64,000 nucleotides of DNA, taken from assembly GCA_964016885.1 (NCBI GenBank), contig OZ024747.1:64852001-64916000 (forward strand). The letters are read 5' to 3'. This DNA comes from Eledone cirrhosa. Lineage: Eukaryota. Numbering within the stretch: the first letter of the stretch is position 1; each line of letters starts with the position of its first letter. Below, in pieces: positions 30,219 to 43,993 of this stretch. The notes beneath the pieces are model-generated. The model worked only from the letters and a program-made list of their open reading frames with translations. It was not told the origin of the DNA and did not search any database. A program made the translations under genes and the position numbers.

Positions 30219-30254
30219 TCTTCCGATGAAGGACTAGCGTCCGAAATATTAAGA
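30219..30254 (+). ncRNA. Minimal hammerhead motif, U4C variant
   Basis: tctt CCGATGA a GGAC tagc GTCC GAAA tat then taaga. Family copy on the minus strand at 52902-52937. Confidence 0.7.
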
Positions 30255-30339
30255 CACCTTTCCTGCTATATCAAGTGTTAACCTAGTATATTCCTTCCAT
30301 ATACTGTACCGATTGTGTTGTTATTTCTGTTTACGTTTT

Positions 30340-30428
<89 letters not shown>

Positions 30429-30598
30429 TGTGTGTGTATGTGTGTGTGTATGTGTGTGTGTGGGTGTGGGTGTCTGGGTGTGTGTGTCTGGGCGTGAGTG
30501 TGTGCGTGCGTGCGCGCGAGTGTATGTATATCTGTATATGTGTATATATATATATATATTTTTTAATGTGGTCTACCGTTCGTGGTAGATAGAACTGA

Positions 30599-30724
30599 AT
30601 TGTTTCCGAAGAAGACGGTTTGATCGAACCTATATATGAAGTCTGGCAGTATACAGTTATATAACTGCTATAAATCAGTCAATATGTCAATATGATCAAC
30701 CTTCCGAAACGATCGTAAGACAAT
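30599..30724 (+). ncRNA. Hammerhead motif with ~90-nt stem II, U4C variant
   Basis: attgttt CCGAAGA a..GGTTTGATC..GATCAACC ttcc GAAA cgatcg TA agacaat; 7-bp stem I and palindromic stem III. Confidence 0.7.
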
Positions 30725-30787
30725 GAGATGAATAAGTAAAATAACTTCTCTTTGATATTATTATTTTCATTGTTAAACTAATACCTA

Positions 30788-30823
<36 letters not shown>

Positions 30824-31347
30824 ATGTATGTGTGTGTGTGTGTATGTGTGTGTTTGTGTATGTGTCTGTGTGCATGCGTGTGTGTATGTGTGTGTGCATG
30901 TGTGTGTGTGTATGTGTGTATGTGTGTATGTGTGTGTATATGGGGGGGGGGCATGTGCGTGTGTATGTGTCTGGCTATATGGTAATTGCGATACACACAC
31001 ACCTAACGTAAGGCCGTGAGTTAAATTCCCGGTGTGGCGTTATGTCCTTGAGAAAAACAGTTTATTTCAAGAACTACGTAGATGGTTCACGTGTCTGTCG
31101 AATTCTCTGCCACTTGCACGTGAATTTCGCGAGCAGACTGTTCCATTGATCGCCTCAACTGGAATACTCGTGTTGACTGAAGTTGAGATTAACTGAACTC
31201 AATTATAAATTACTCGGGGCTAAGAGATACGTCTCAGGTAGAGAACACGGAAATTTCTAATTTCCTGGAACTCATACAAAGTGTATTGAGTTGACCCTCC
31301 TGTTCTCTTCGGCTACACACACACACACGCACGCACACACGCACGCA

Positions 31348-31392
<45 letters not shown>

Positions 31393-31399
31393 TCATTCA

Positions 31400-31435
<36 letters not shown>

Positions 31436-32444
31436 CAACAATATCATAACATCTGAGCAAGCTGCAGGAACGAATGGACTATATAGACCAGCTATTAATT
31501 ACCAAAGTTACCTTAGAAACGACTGACCACACTACCAGAAGGCATCTGATAATATACTACCAGAAAGGCATCTGGTATGGAGAGAGCTTGCCAGTGTTGC
31601 TTTTCGTTAAATCCACTATCATACCTGCTCAGAAAACATAATGATCATAGACATTGTTCCTGATGTATCTCCAATCGTTTTCTTGTTGATAGCCTGGCAT
31701 TTTATGGGCCAAATATCAACAGCATCAACCGGCAACAGGACCTCATTACCCAATTTTCTACAGAGAATGGAATTACATTTGGTCAGTAGAAATGCGAATT
31801 TTTGACATTAAGATGTGGAAAATCTGTGTTCTTATTTGGAAATATAAATATGAACTGCGTGCCAATACAACATCTAATATCAGATATGAGAGGCCAATAA
31901 ATAAGGAGCAGACCAAGAATGAGTGGTTGCGGGAAGTAACGAGTGTCGATGATCAGGTAGACGGAGTATGTGGGAAGCCAGGCGAAGCCATCGCTGTGTA
32001 ATTATCGCTTGCTGCGGTCGTCACTTTGTTCTCCCTAATAGAGATCAGATACAATGATACAAGTCACCGTGTCATCATTACTTACTATTATGTTGAAGGA
32101 CTCCGACAGTAGGGCGAACAGATGGTCACTATGTACTTTGCCTTGCAGTATGGGACACGTTTCTTTTCATTTACAGCACTAATTAGAATACTGTCGTAAA
32201 CTATTAGAAAATATTAAAAAATAGATAAAAATAAAAATCTAAAATAAAATATATCAAAACAACATTTATGTCTTGTCATGGTTATTCGATAATCATTTCA
32301 TATTCCTAACATTGATCTAATAAAATAGTAATTAACTGAAAATAGTCGTTCATTAAATAATAATAAAGATAGTTTCCTTAATGAAAGTAATGAACAACTC
32401 CGTGTATATTTTTATATATTTACTGTTTTATATGCTGTGAACAG

Positions 32445-32489
<45 letters not shown>

Positions 32490-32603
32490 TAAGAGGAATT
32501 CCAACTTTGTCTGATTTACTCGTTTTATTTACAATCCTTTAAAATATATATAATGGTATTATAATGAAATAGTATGATAGAATATTAAATTCTAAGTGTT
32601 AAT

Positions 32604-32642
32604 TGAACAAGTACTTTCATGCTTTCGCAATCTTCAGGTTCA
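32604..32642 (-). ncRNA. Minimal hammerhead motif (left arm of palindrome)
   Basis: Mirror image of 32715-32753. Confidence 0.8.
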
Positions 32643-32714
32643 TGATATGTGGTGACAGTCGAGTTTGCAATTTTCAACTGTGAAAATTGCAAACTCGACT
32701 GTCACCACATATCA

Positions 32715-32753
32715 TGAACCTGAAGATTGCGAAAGCATGAAAGTACTTGTTCA
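32715..32753 (+). ncRNA. Minimal hammerhead motif, U-U at base of stem II
   Basis: tgaac CTGAAGA t TGC gaaa GCA t GAAA gtac TT gttca. Confidence 0.8.
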
Positions 32754-32925
32754 ATTAACACTTAGAATTTAATATTCTATCATACTATTTCATTATAATA
32801 CCATTATATATATTTTAAAGGATTGTAAATAAAACGAGTAAATCAGACAAAGTTGGAATTCCTCTTATTAATATAATCTTCTATACACAATCATACACAC
32901 CCGTGTATATTTACCTATCTATATC

Positions 32926-33027
<102 letters not shown>

Positions 33028-33028
33028 C

Positions 33029-34000
33029 ATAAGTGCAGTAAATTCCCGAGCTGTGTCTATTATTAGGTACAGTGCGGGAATTCTGAGATGGAATGTTGCT
33101 GAACAAAAAGAAATGGATAGGAAGACTAGGAAGCTATTGACTATCTACAACATGTTCCACAAGAGGAGTGATGTCGATAGACTCTACTTAAGGAGATCTG
33201 AAGGTGGAAGATGTCTTATCAGCATAGAGGACTGTGTTCAGATGGAGAAAAACAACCTACACAAATACGTGACTGATAGTAGGGAGCCAATGCTTAGAAC
33301 TGTACTCTAGGAGAGGACAATAGACCAGGGGATGTCCAAAGAGGAAATAACATCAAGGAGTACCTTCTTTGAGAAAACTGAATTCAGAGATCCACAGACA
33401 TGGAGTGTAAACACCTAGCCCAGACTCACTATAAAGGCTGGAGACATGATGTGATGGGGAGGGTGATCTACTGGCACCTATGCAAAGTAAAAAATTTACC
33501 ACATTCTGAGAAGTGGTATGAGCATAAGCCAGAGTCGGTGAGAGAAAACGATCAGGTGAAGGTGCTGTGCGATTTTAGGATACAGACGGACAAAAACTGG
33601 AACACAATAGATCTTACCTGGTGGTTTTGGACAAAGAAAAAAGATCGTGCCTGCTTGTGGATGTGGCCTGCCCATTCGACAAGAGAGTGCAAGAGAAGGA
33701 GAGGGAGAAAATTAACCGATACCAGGACTTAAAGTGGGAGGTAAAAAGGATTTGGAACTGCCATGAAGTCAAAGTGGTCCCGATTGTCATAGGCGCACTA
33801 GGTACTCTCTCAAAGAGTTTCCAGGGATGGTTAAAGAAAATTGGCCGCGCCCTGCTTTTCGGAACACTTCAAAAGGCATGCTTGCTGGGAACAGCAAGAA
33901 CCCTCCGATACGTCCTGAATATCTGAGGCTGCAGGTAGTGGCTTGATGTTCATTTCAACAAACTTTCCAGTTAAGTAACATCAATGACTGAGACTCAAAG
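33029..34000 (+). mobile_element. R4/Dong-like non-LTR retrotransposon 3' fragment inserted in (TAA)n
   Basis: IRYSAGIL.W...EMDRKTRKLLT, DVDRLYL.RSEGGR, RHD, KWYEHKP, DFRIQTD, LVDVACPFD, EKINRYQDLK, VPIVIGALG. TAA repeats on both sides; internal deletion and frameshifts. Confidence 0.9.
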
Positions 34001-34595
34001 AACAATGATAATAATAATAAGAAGAATGATAGTAATAATAATGCTTTCTTTAGGGTGTACACGGGTGTACAGGTGTACAAGGGTGTACAAGGGTGTACAC
34101 ACAGTAAGACATTAAGGACAATACAGGACAATACAGGACGGTACAAATGGGCATTTCTGCGTGTAAAAAAAACAGAGGATGTAAGAAAAAAAAGAAACAA
34201 TGAAAAATTCCCCAATAGGGGGGAGACTTCCGAGGGACATTCGTGGAGAAAGCCCATTAAAAAAGCCACAGTGACCCTGACCCCCCGGGTCAAGTGCCCT
34301 CTCCAGTTTTCCACCTTCAATTTTCAGGCACATACTCAGAGTAGGCCCATTCACACGGCCATTCTTGCCTCTCTCACCCATCTTTCAACAAAATGCTGGG
34401 AAGAGAGCACTTCCCTCTCTACCCTGATTTTCCTTTTCAAATGAAATTTGAAAATATTAATGAGGGCATCACCGAAAAGGTAAGTGCTTGTCTTCAGCCC
34501 TTTCAAACGCGCCCAGCATACTATCTCTTTCGCCATGGCCACAAGACAGATAAAAACTGCCTGCCCTTCCCGGCTAAAGGAAGAGGGCGGGGAAA

Positions 34596-34730
34596 TAATA
34601 ATAAGGGCTCGATAAGGATAAATATATATCAAATATATAAGAACCCTAGAGCAAATATTTATTAAAATAACAGACTAAAGTTTAAGCAAAGAATCGCTGC
34701 TTTCACCCTTAACGGGATCTTCAGAAGAAG
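34596..34730 (-). repeat. Copy of the cccgttaaggg short repeat family (also 5900-6020, 52430-52700, 53485-53722)
   Basis: Shared gataaggataaatatatatcaaatatataagaacc and ttaaagtttaagcaaagaatcgctgctttcacccttaacgggatc. Confidence 0.85.
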
Positions 34731-34767
34731 TGTATTTATATATGGTTTACTAATTTGTTGTGGAACT

Positions 34768-34835
<68 letters not shown>

Positions 34836-35025
34836 CTCCGTATATATATATACTACCATACACCCTATCACAAATTGCACAGTTAATAGAAATTATATAT
34901 ATGATTAAGAAAAGCAACAATCTATGTAAAGATGCCGGAATCCTCACATTTTCCTGGATATTCTACCCTTGTCATTCATTTAGAATTATTTTCTTCCATA
35001 TTTTCTTTAATCATTATCAAATATA

Positions 35026-35214
35026 AAGGCGGTGAATTGGCAGTATCGGTAGAGGGTTGGACGCCATGCTTTCTAGCATAGTTACGTCCCTTTACAGTCT
35101 GAGTTCAAATCCCGCCGAGGTTAACTTTGCCTTTCATCCTTACGGGGTCGATAAAATAAAGTACCAGTAATGTACTGGGTAATTGCTGGCCTTGTGCCTA
35201 AAGTAGAAACAATT
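35026..35214 (+). mobile_element. SINE family B copy
   Basis: Full-length match to the 12777 copy; gagttcaaatccc B box. Confidence 0.85.
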
Positions 35215-37035
35215 ATCAAATATATATTCACTAGATTACGATGAATGTACTCAAACAATGCATCACTCTAGCAATCTTCAGACTGCGATTGGGTTTTGTG
35301 TTTTGATGTTGCTCTTGCTGTTATTATCCAAAGATAGATATGCTGGTAAATATCGACACATATATATCTAGAGATAGGGAGATAAGTTGAGGTAGGTAGG
35401 TAGATACATATATATATACATAGAGAGAGAGGGGGGGAGATAGAGGGAGAGAGAGAGAAAGAGAGAGGGGAAGATAATTATAGTATTATTCAATTTATTA
35501 GTGTAATCAATTCATTTTTAAATTTATATATTTGTACATATATATATATATGTGTGTGTGACGAGAGAGAGAGGGGGGAAGAGATAAGAGATAATGTGAT
35601 TCTGTGTGTGAGTGAGTGTGCATGTGAACTGTCAAGATAATTCTCATTTTATTTTCTGGATTGATATTTCCAATTAAGATATTATGTGAATGACTCTCGA
35701 TTGTTTTCTAAATTTTCAATTCTCTTCAGGATTAATTTATGATTTTACATTCTTAACTTCTACTACTCATTGCATTAATCTTTCACATATAAGAACATGG
35801 TGGGTGCTGATACCAGATTTCGTCTCCTATATTTTTAACGTAACAAATTAATCATGCCATCTTCCTATTTTCCCTTTTGCGGCTGTTTTTTTTTATGAAT
35901 GATGTGATTAGTATTTCTGGAATAGATTGTATGATAGTGTAACTTACACACACATGTATAGGCATAATAGCTGAATGGTTAAGGAGTTGACTTTACAATC
36001 ATTAGGTGCTGGTTTGGAAATCTCTCGTTGATTGAGAGACAAATGCCATTCATCATCATTTCAAATCGACCCATACATTTTGAACGAAATATGGATGACG
36101 GAAACTGATTACAAGCACGTCGGATGAGCTGTACCTGTAACTGTATTGGTAGCTATATACTCCGTCATGCTGAACCTCCCTGGTGACTAACCTAATTTTA
36201 CACGTATCTGAAGAATACTCAAATTCTTACAAACTGATATAACAATTCCGAAGAAACATAATAGAGATTTGTTTCTGTTACCAATAGCTCTTTTTTCCCC
36301 TATATTAAGATCAATGGAAAGTGAGAAAACATAGCTGAAATATATATATTGCCGAGAGCTATGTAGTCACAGCCCACTATTCTCTGAAATCTAATTCCAC
36401 TTGATGTCGATAAATAAGCACCAGAATTTCATGTAGGCAATTCAATTTACTCTAACCTTCCCGCCAAACAAATTTACAGCCTTGTAGCAATATTTGATAT
36501 TAATAACCAAGGCGGTGTGTGTTAGAGAATAGTTAACATACATTATATTAGGAGAAGGGATAACTCTACTGTATAAGTAGAGTAACAGATCATTAGATGA
36601 ATCTGAACTTTACTTATTCAGCCCTAGCTGAAACATGATCTGTGATAGAATATACTCCACCGGACGTAGTAGTCCAGTCAATGCACCGTACTAGTTCAGC
36701 AGCCAGAAATTGGAACCTCATGTAACAGATCAATTAATAAATGCTTTCTGTATAATACAAGTGTATATAGAAATATACTCATTACAACGAATCTTTACAT
36801 ATTTTAAACGATGTGGTGAAATATAAGAGTGACTCGGCTCTTATTTCTAGCAGACAGTGTGTACCTGTTGTACGTTCTCCATTGCATTTAAATATGGTCA
36901 TGCAAGTAGGCATTTTTATCTCTTATTACTAGCAGATCGACAGCCTCCATATATGGAATTTTATTGTTACCTTATCTATACGGTTATGAACAAGGAGGTT
37001 TCATCTATATATATGTATTCGTGTATGTATATACA

Positions 37036-37235
37036 NNNNNNNNNNNNNNNNNNNNNNNNNNNNNNNNNNNNNNNNNNNNNNNNNNNNNNNNNNNNNNNNN
37101 NNNNNNNNNNNNNNNNNNNNNNNNNNNNNNNNNNNNNNNNNNNNNNNNNNNNNNNNNNNNNNNNNNNNNNNNNNNNNNNNNNNNNNNNNNNNNNNNNNNN
37201 NNNNNNNNNNNNNNNNNNNNNNNNNNNNNNNNNNN
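37036..37235. other. Assembly gap (200 N)
   Basis: Run of n characters, followed by degenerate (GAT)n to about 37365. Confidence 1.
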
Positions 37236-37457
37236 GATGGTGATGAGTGTGATGATAATGAGAATGATGATGATGATGATGATGGTGATGATGGTGATGA
37301 TAATGAGAATGATGTTGATAATGATAATGATGGTGAAGATGATGATGATGATGGTGATGATGATGTTACACTAAATATTTATTATAGCTACAAATCAGTG
37401 AACATTGCTATGTCCATCCATCTCGCGCTACTTCCTTTAGTGTGGTATTACAATGTT

Positions 37458-37491
<34 letters not shown>

Positions 37492-37525
37492 AACATTGTA
37501 ATACCATTGTGTATATATATATATA

Positions 37526-37821
37526 TGATTCCAGTTCCTCAGTGAAACAACAACCCAACCAGGAACTGGGCATATCAGAGTATTGACAAAGTTATACACT
37601 TCAACAACATGTGTACTCGTCTCTACTACACTAATTCGGACTGCCTGAAGAGGTCACAGCCAAAGATGGTATAGCAGTAATAAACGAAGCCAAATTTTAA
37701 ACATTTGACTTATTTATTTTATTTTATTTTACATTACTCCGGAGTAACCAAACCAACCTGCGCACTTCGTCGAGTGCTCCAATCTGCACACTAGGGTGTT
37801 GGTATACAACCAACATATACT

Positions 37822-37822
<1 letters not shown>
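37526..37822 (+). mobile_element. ~300-bp non-coding HHR repeat, copy with a deletion through the GAAA core
   Basis: Matches 55321-55628 but lacks ctgtcaccgaaatata. Confidence 0.85.
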
Positions 37823-37867
<45 letters not shown>

Positions 37868-37914
37868 AAAGGATAACAAGGACGATTGATTACTCCTTCA
37901 TTGCATTTATTGAT

Positions 37915-38001
37915 AGGTGACGCGCGTTTCGCCACTGATCAGCTCAAGGTTCGATCTGTATCGATCCTACCCGACTCAATAATCGGCGGCTCGACGGACC
38001 C
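37915..38001 (-). ncRNA. Hammerhead motif with long stem II, core CCGUCGA (probably inactive)
   Basis: Minus strand: gggt CCGTCGA GCCGCCGAT..ATCAGTGGC GAAA cgcgcg TC acct. Confidence 0.65.
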
Positions 38002-38712
38002 TTTTAAAATGCTATAAGAAAATGAAATACATGCTATGTGGTAAAGTCAGAGTTTCAAGAGTTTGACAAAATGAGTTGTTTTGATTGGTGGGAAGGATCA
38101 AGGCGATGTACTGGCCTGTAGTGTATGTGGGGGTGGATGTGATGGTGAGATGTTGGAGACGGTCGCTGGATGTGATGGGCTGTAGTGTGGTTGTGGTGGT
38201 GTTGTTTATGGTAGTGGCGTTTGTGGTGGTGTGGTGGATGTGTTGGTGGTGTCGAGTCCCTGGGGAGATACATAGCTAGACGCTTTTAGTCTGACAAATA
38301 CGTTGTATATATATAAATATATGTATACATGCGCATATATACTGATATATATACACCGGAACACACCCACATACACACACACACAAACCCGCGTCCACAC
38401 CTATCCACACACACACATACACACCCATATGCATATATACACACATGTATGTGCATCCGCGCGTGCGGTTACATATATAGGGAGAGTAGGGGAGTATCGG
38501 TGGGGGTGGCGTAGGACAAAGATGGAGGGTAGGTGAGAGCCAATGGAGATGGTGTTATACATATAGACATACACATACATACACTCATACGGGTATGCGC
38601 ACATACACGCACGCACACGTATACATAAACATACACATACACACACACACGTATACACACACATACACATACACACACACATACACATACATGCACATAT
38701 ACGTACACATAA

Positions 38713-38777
<65 letters not shown>

Positions 38778-38899
38778 CACACATATATGCATACACGCAC
38801 GCATATTTATACGCACGTATATGTAAAAAATACTTACACACAGACACACACACTTGCGTTGGTTCGAGAGGGGGGGGGTATGTGTTGGCGGTGTTGATG

Positions 38900-39500
38900 A
38901 AGTATGGAGTTGTGTCTTGTGGTGGTGGTGGTGGATTTGTGAGCGACAAAGATATACAGGATCGAATAGTGCGATGGGTTACAGGTTAAAAGGTGACATA
39001 GGGAACGCGGGGGAAAAGAGTTTCTGGACGTATGGTGATGTGTGTTGTGGTCATGGTGGTGGTGGTGGTGCTGGGGTGATATGTTCGACAAAAGGATTAC
39101 CTGATCAGAAGTTACGGTGTGTTACAGGGTAAGGCAGACGGGGGGAGGCTATAACACAGTTGATCTGGGAGTGAGGGATGATATGTGTTGATGATGTTAA
39201 TGATGTTAATGATTGTTGAAGTATGTGGATGTATCTAGTGGTGGCGGTGGTTGTGTGTGCGACAGTACATTTACAGGATCGAATTTAGCGTGGGGTTGGA
39301 GGTTAGGGTAGACAGAGGGAACATGGGGGGATAAGGTTGCGGGTGTGGATGGTAGACATATGACGATGTGTGGTGTGGTGGTGGTGGCGATGGTGTGATA
39401 TGATCGACATTGTATTTACAGGATCAGATGTTTCTATGGTTTATAAGGTAAAACCTGTCAGAGAGGCCCGATAGAACACAGTATGGCGATGTGATTTTTG
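38900..39500. repeat. Diverged ~320-bp tandem duplication, G/T-rich
   Basis: gtggtgg..gcgaca...tacaggatcgaat..ggtta..agggaac.(t/c)ggggg recurs at about 38920 and 39238. Confidence 0.7.
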
Positions 39501-39737
39501 GTGGGGTTGATGTATGCGGCATGATATACAACATACGGGGTTACAAATGGTTACATGCAATACAATAAAATAAATTCGCTGAGATGGGCGATGGTGAGAC
39601 GGGGCAGAGGTGTTTATTATTATGCTGGGTCATGGTTAGTGCGCGGCCCTCCTCCGAAAGTTTGTGCGGAAAAGGTGTTCAGCCTCGTGTGTCTGCAATT
39701 GACAATTATGTCCGACCTCCTGGATATATATATATAT

Positions 39738-39788
<51 letters not shown>

Positions 39789-40280
39789 CATACATACATA
39801 TGTATAATTTTACATATTAAACTAGGTTATATACTGAACCGTTTGTCTAAAATTATATATATAGAATCAGCAGCATCTACTGAAATACAACATTCGAGAA
39901 ACCTTGCATATATTAGAATATTTTATGTTCAAATTTACTCATGAGAAAGTAGATATTTTGAGGTACTTCAATCTTGATAAAATTTTCCCTTTTTGGCAAC
40001 TTTCTAAATTATATTTACCATATTATTCGGTAAAATATACTGACGTAGATTATTGAAAAGATGCTGTATTTTATAAAACACATATATTGCAACTTATCAA
40101 CTTCCAGCATATTAGAAGGTATAGAATTTTAATTAACCATGTCTTGGAAAAATCTTCTATATTGGGTTACGTGGAGTTGAATTGGAAAATAAAAAGGAGT
40201 CTTCAAAAATATGAATATTTTAATCTAGTTATCTCAATAAAATCAACGTATTACTAAACATGTTCAGAATACATATAATA

Positions 40281-40338
<58 letters not shown>

Positions 40339-40656
40339 TATTATATGTATTCTGAACATGTCCCACCCTGGCAAGCAGGGAAAAGCGGACGTAAAATGAT
40401 GATTATGATGATGATGATGAGATATATATATATATATATATATTTCGTTTCTGAATTTGTTTAGCAAGATTCTTTATCTGAAAACGTGTGTTGAAACCGA
40501 TATTGTTATACTTTGAGAGGGTCATGTTGCCTAATAAGAAACACACGCACCAGTTGCTTTCACTTCAAATTTATTATAAATTAAATCTATAAATTTACTA
40601 ATTTATAAATTACCGGTTGGTTGGTTGGTTCCGCAACCAGATGATTGTTCATATAT

Positions 40657-40701
40657 AGTCAAATTTCTTTCGTCACACATTCTGTGACCTCTTCAGTGAC
40701 T
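40657..40701 (-). ncRNA. Minimal hammerhead motif (same family as 6629)
   Basis: Minus strand: agtca CTGAAGA g GTCACA gaatg TGTGAC GAAA gaaa TT tgact. Confidence 0.7.
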
Positions 40702-41052
40702 GGGATTTTTTTCTTTGTTTTTGTGCCTCTCCTTTGTTCTGTCCTACGCCATCTTGTTTTTGTGTGTGTTGTGTGCTTAGTTCGCGCATGTGTTACATCC
40801 GGGTGTCTGTGTGTGTTTATATCTGTTTATTTATATGTTTATTTACATGTTACTGGTTAGTTGTTTGTTCTATGTGTGGGTGTGTTTTCATTTTGTCCTT
40901 AATTGTAAGTTGTGATGTTGCTGTTCCATTCATGTTTCATTCGTAAAAAAAAAAAAAAAAAAAGACGCATAATAAGACAAATCAAATAAACATAAATGAA
41001 CGCCAACCAAAATTAAATAGCAAACAATGAATGAAACAGCAACAACACAACT

Positions 41053-41393
<341 letters not shown>

Positions 41394-41459
41394 GTATATA
41401 TGTATGTATATATAGTGACGAAACATAAGTCAATTGCATGAACTCATAATCCTTTATTT

Positions 41460-41515
41460 ACTGCTATATATACTTCGATGATAGCCATTGAATGGCTATG
41501 ACCTCATCAGGCAGT
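41460..41515 (-). ncRNA. Hammerhead motif related to 55435, with GAAA changed to GAAG
   Basis: Minus strand: actgc CTGATGA ggtcATAGCCAT tca ATGGCTATcatc GAAG tatata TA gcagt. Confidence 0.65.
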
Positions 41516-41580
41516 TAGTCAGTTCTTAGATATGCCAGCTCTGTGTTTATGGTGTTGATGGTATCAGAGCCTAGGGACAG

Positions 41581-41614
<34 letters not shown>

Positions 41615-41636
41615 GAATATATATATATATATAGAT

Positions 41637-41677
<41 letters not shown>

Positions 41678-41761
41678 TATATATATATAGTGTTGAAATT
41701 ATAAGAGATATAAAACCTTGTTTTGTATCCATTATGATTTGAATACACACACACACACATA

Positions 41762-41865
<104 letters not shown>

Positions 41866-42251
41866 AGGGTGTTCTTCTTTCTTTACTGTGTTTTATATAT
41901 ATTTTTTTTTTCTGATGATTGGTTAAACATACATCGTATTTAAAATTGAGTGACACAATTTCAAGGGATTAACAATTTTAAGACAACCTAACCAATGAAA
42001 CAATTGTTAATACTGTAAATAAAACCCTTTTTGTACTGTTGACCATGTTATTCGTCATTCAGTCACTATTTATATATATATATATATATAAGGAGGAGGT
42101 TATAGTTCACTTGAAGCATTGTGTAATGAGGTATAAACGTTAGAATATGTGTAATAAGGCCAAGACAATGCAGGTATGGACATAGAAAAAAGAATGCAAT
42201 AGTGAAAGATATTGATGTGAATTCGTCTTTCACCTTGAATTTATTTAAATG

Positions 42252-42289
42252 TCCTTAATTTTCGAGATAATATCTCTTCTTCGGAGGGA
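42252..42289 (-). ncRNA. Minimal hammerhead motif, U4C variant, in the 3' region of the Penelope-like fragment
   Basis: Minus strand: tccct CCGAAGA a GAGAT att ATCTC GAAA at TA agga. Confidence 0.7.
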
Positions 42290-42689
42290 AGTAAAGGTCT
42301 CAAACCAGCGTCTTTAAATCTCTAATGAAGCCATGCTGACCGGAAATAGTATAGAGTATCTGTTCTAACTTTAATATCAAAGAATTAAAATTAGGTGGAT
42401 AAAGAGTAGTCTCCCTTTAAGAGGGGTTTGTTTATGTTTTGTTTTTGTTTTTGTTTTGTTTTTTTAAATTTTATATGCGTGCCTGTATATGTGTGTGGGA
42501 GAATGCATGAAGGTGTAGGTATGTGGGTGTGTGTGTGTGAGTGTGGGAAGATAGGTCTAATCGTAAAAGTGGGGGGTAGGTGTTATCTGGTGTTAGAACT
42601 GGTTTTGTGTGTGTATGTGTGAGAGAGAATAAGTGGAGGTGTGTGTGTGCGTGTGTGTGGGGTGTGTAAAAATGGGGCTAGAGGCTCTA

Positions 42690-43255
42690 TCAGGTTATAA
42701 ATTGGGTGTTGAGCTCTAGTCTATTATTGATTGGTGGATGTGTTCTATCTATAATAAGTGCTTCCTTGATTCTAAGATTGCCGAGGTTTCTTTCCTTAGT
42801 TTCTATCCTAACTGTTATGTTTTTATCGGCGTTTTTGCATTTAACTAGGTGTTTCTTAAATGAGGAAGCGTTAGTATTGAGGTGTTCTTTTATTCTTATG
42901 TGGAGTGGTCTGGTGGTGCTACCTACGTAGAAGTTGTTGCATTTGTCACACTCTAGTCTGTAAACTACGTAAGCCTGGTGGCGTAGGTCTGTGTCGTTGA
43001 TGGGGCAGTTGGCTAGTCTGCAGCAGTTGTCATGTCTGGTGGAGTGTCTCTTAGCCAGCCGTCCGCGCAAAGAAGGACCCGAGTGGGCCAGTTGAATATC
43101 CAGACCCTCTCGTCTGATGGCTCTGCGGATGGCTGTTGTTGTTTCTTCACTGAAGTGTGGGAGCTTCAGGAAGCAAGTGTTAGTGCCTCGGGTGTCGTGT
43201 CCTCTGTTCTTTCTGGCACGGTTTGTGGTGGATGTCGTGTATCCGTTCAGTTTGA
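42690..43255 (-). mobile_element. Penelope-like element, C-terminal GIY-YIG endonuclease (5'-truncated at a (TA)n tract)
   Basis: C....CP..........VVYRLECDKCNNFYVGSTTRPLHIRIKEH...LRIKEALII....P.IN.R.E. Confidence 0.9.
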
Positions 43256-43258
43256 GTA

Positions 43259-43352
<94 letters not shown>

Positions 43353-43444
43353 AAGTAATTCCGTCGGAAAGGTCCAGGAAAAAAGAGTGCTCTATGTAGG
43401 TTACAGAGCTTAATAGTTATGTAATAAACAACATAAGGCAATTA

Positions 43445-43505
43445 TTTCATTTACCAGTGGTTTCTTGAAAGCAAACAAATTTTTCTTTCAATCATCACAA
43501 TGAAA
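43445..43505 (-). ncRNA. Hammerhead motif, C3G-mutated copy of 49716
   Basis: Minus strand: tttcatt GTGATGA TTGAAAG..CTTTCAA GAAA ccactgg TA aatgaaa. Confidence 0.65.
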
Positions 43506-43670
43506 AAATCCTGGTGTATATATTGACAGTGGATTTTAAAAACAAAAATATAATCTATATGAAAGTGAGGCTGGAAAAGGAAGAAGGAAAAGAAAAATAA
43601 ACACACATTGACACACACACAATTACATACACACATATATATATACATACACATATATATACATATATAT

Positions 43671-43705
<35 letters not shown>

Positions 43706-43844
43706 CATACACATATACATACACGTACAAATACACATACATATATCACCATATCCATATATACACATACACACAAATACACAAACACACATGTATGTAT
43801 ATATATATATATATATACATATATATACATCTATATATATATAT

Positions 43845-43962
43845 GAGTTGTAATAAAATGAAAACGAAATTTCATTTCTCACTCTTAGTACGGCACTTAC
43901 TTAAATGTAAGTATGTATGTATACGTACATACATATATGTGTACAGACGTACAGTAGCATGC

Positions 43963-43993
<31 letters not shown>

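Larger units (their letters stand above)
32482..32875. repeat. Perfect 394-bp palindrome (195-bp arms, 4-nt loop at 32677-32680)
   Basis: Arms compared base by base by eye with no mismatch seen; left end abuts (TA)n. Confidence 0.95.

Noticed and set aside
31440-31790. Possible R4-type RT scraps (DQLLITK)
   Set aside because: Too short and degraded to call.
34690-34725. CTGAAGA t CCC gttaa GGG t GAAA as an active hammerhead
   Set aside because: No UH site or stem I partner found, and other copies have CAGAAGA. Kept only as HHR-like.
36857-37374. ORFs spanning the N run and poly-Met
   Set aside because: Artefact of the assembly gap and (GAT)n.
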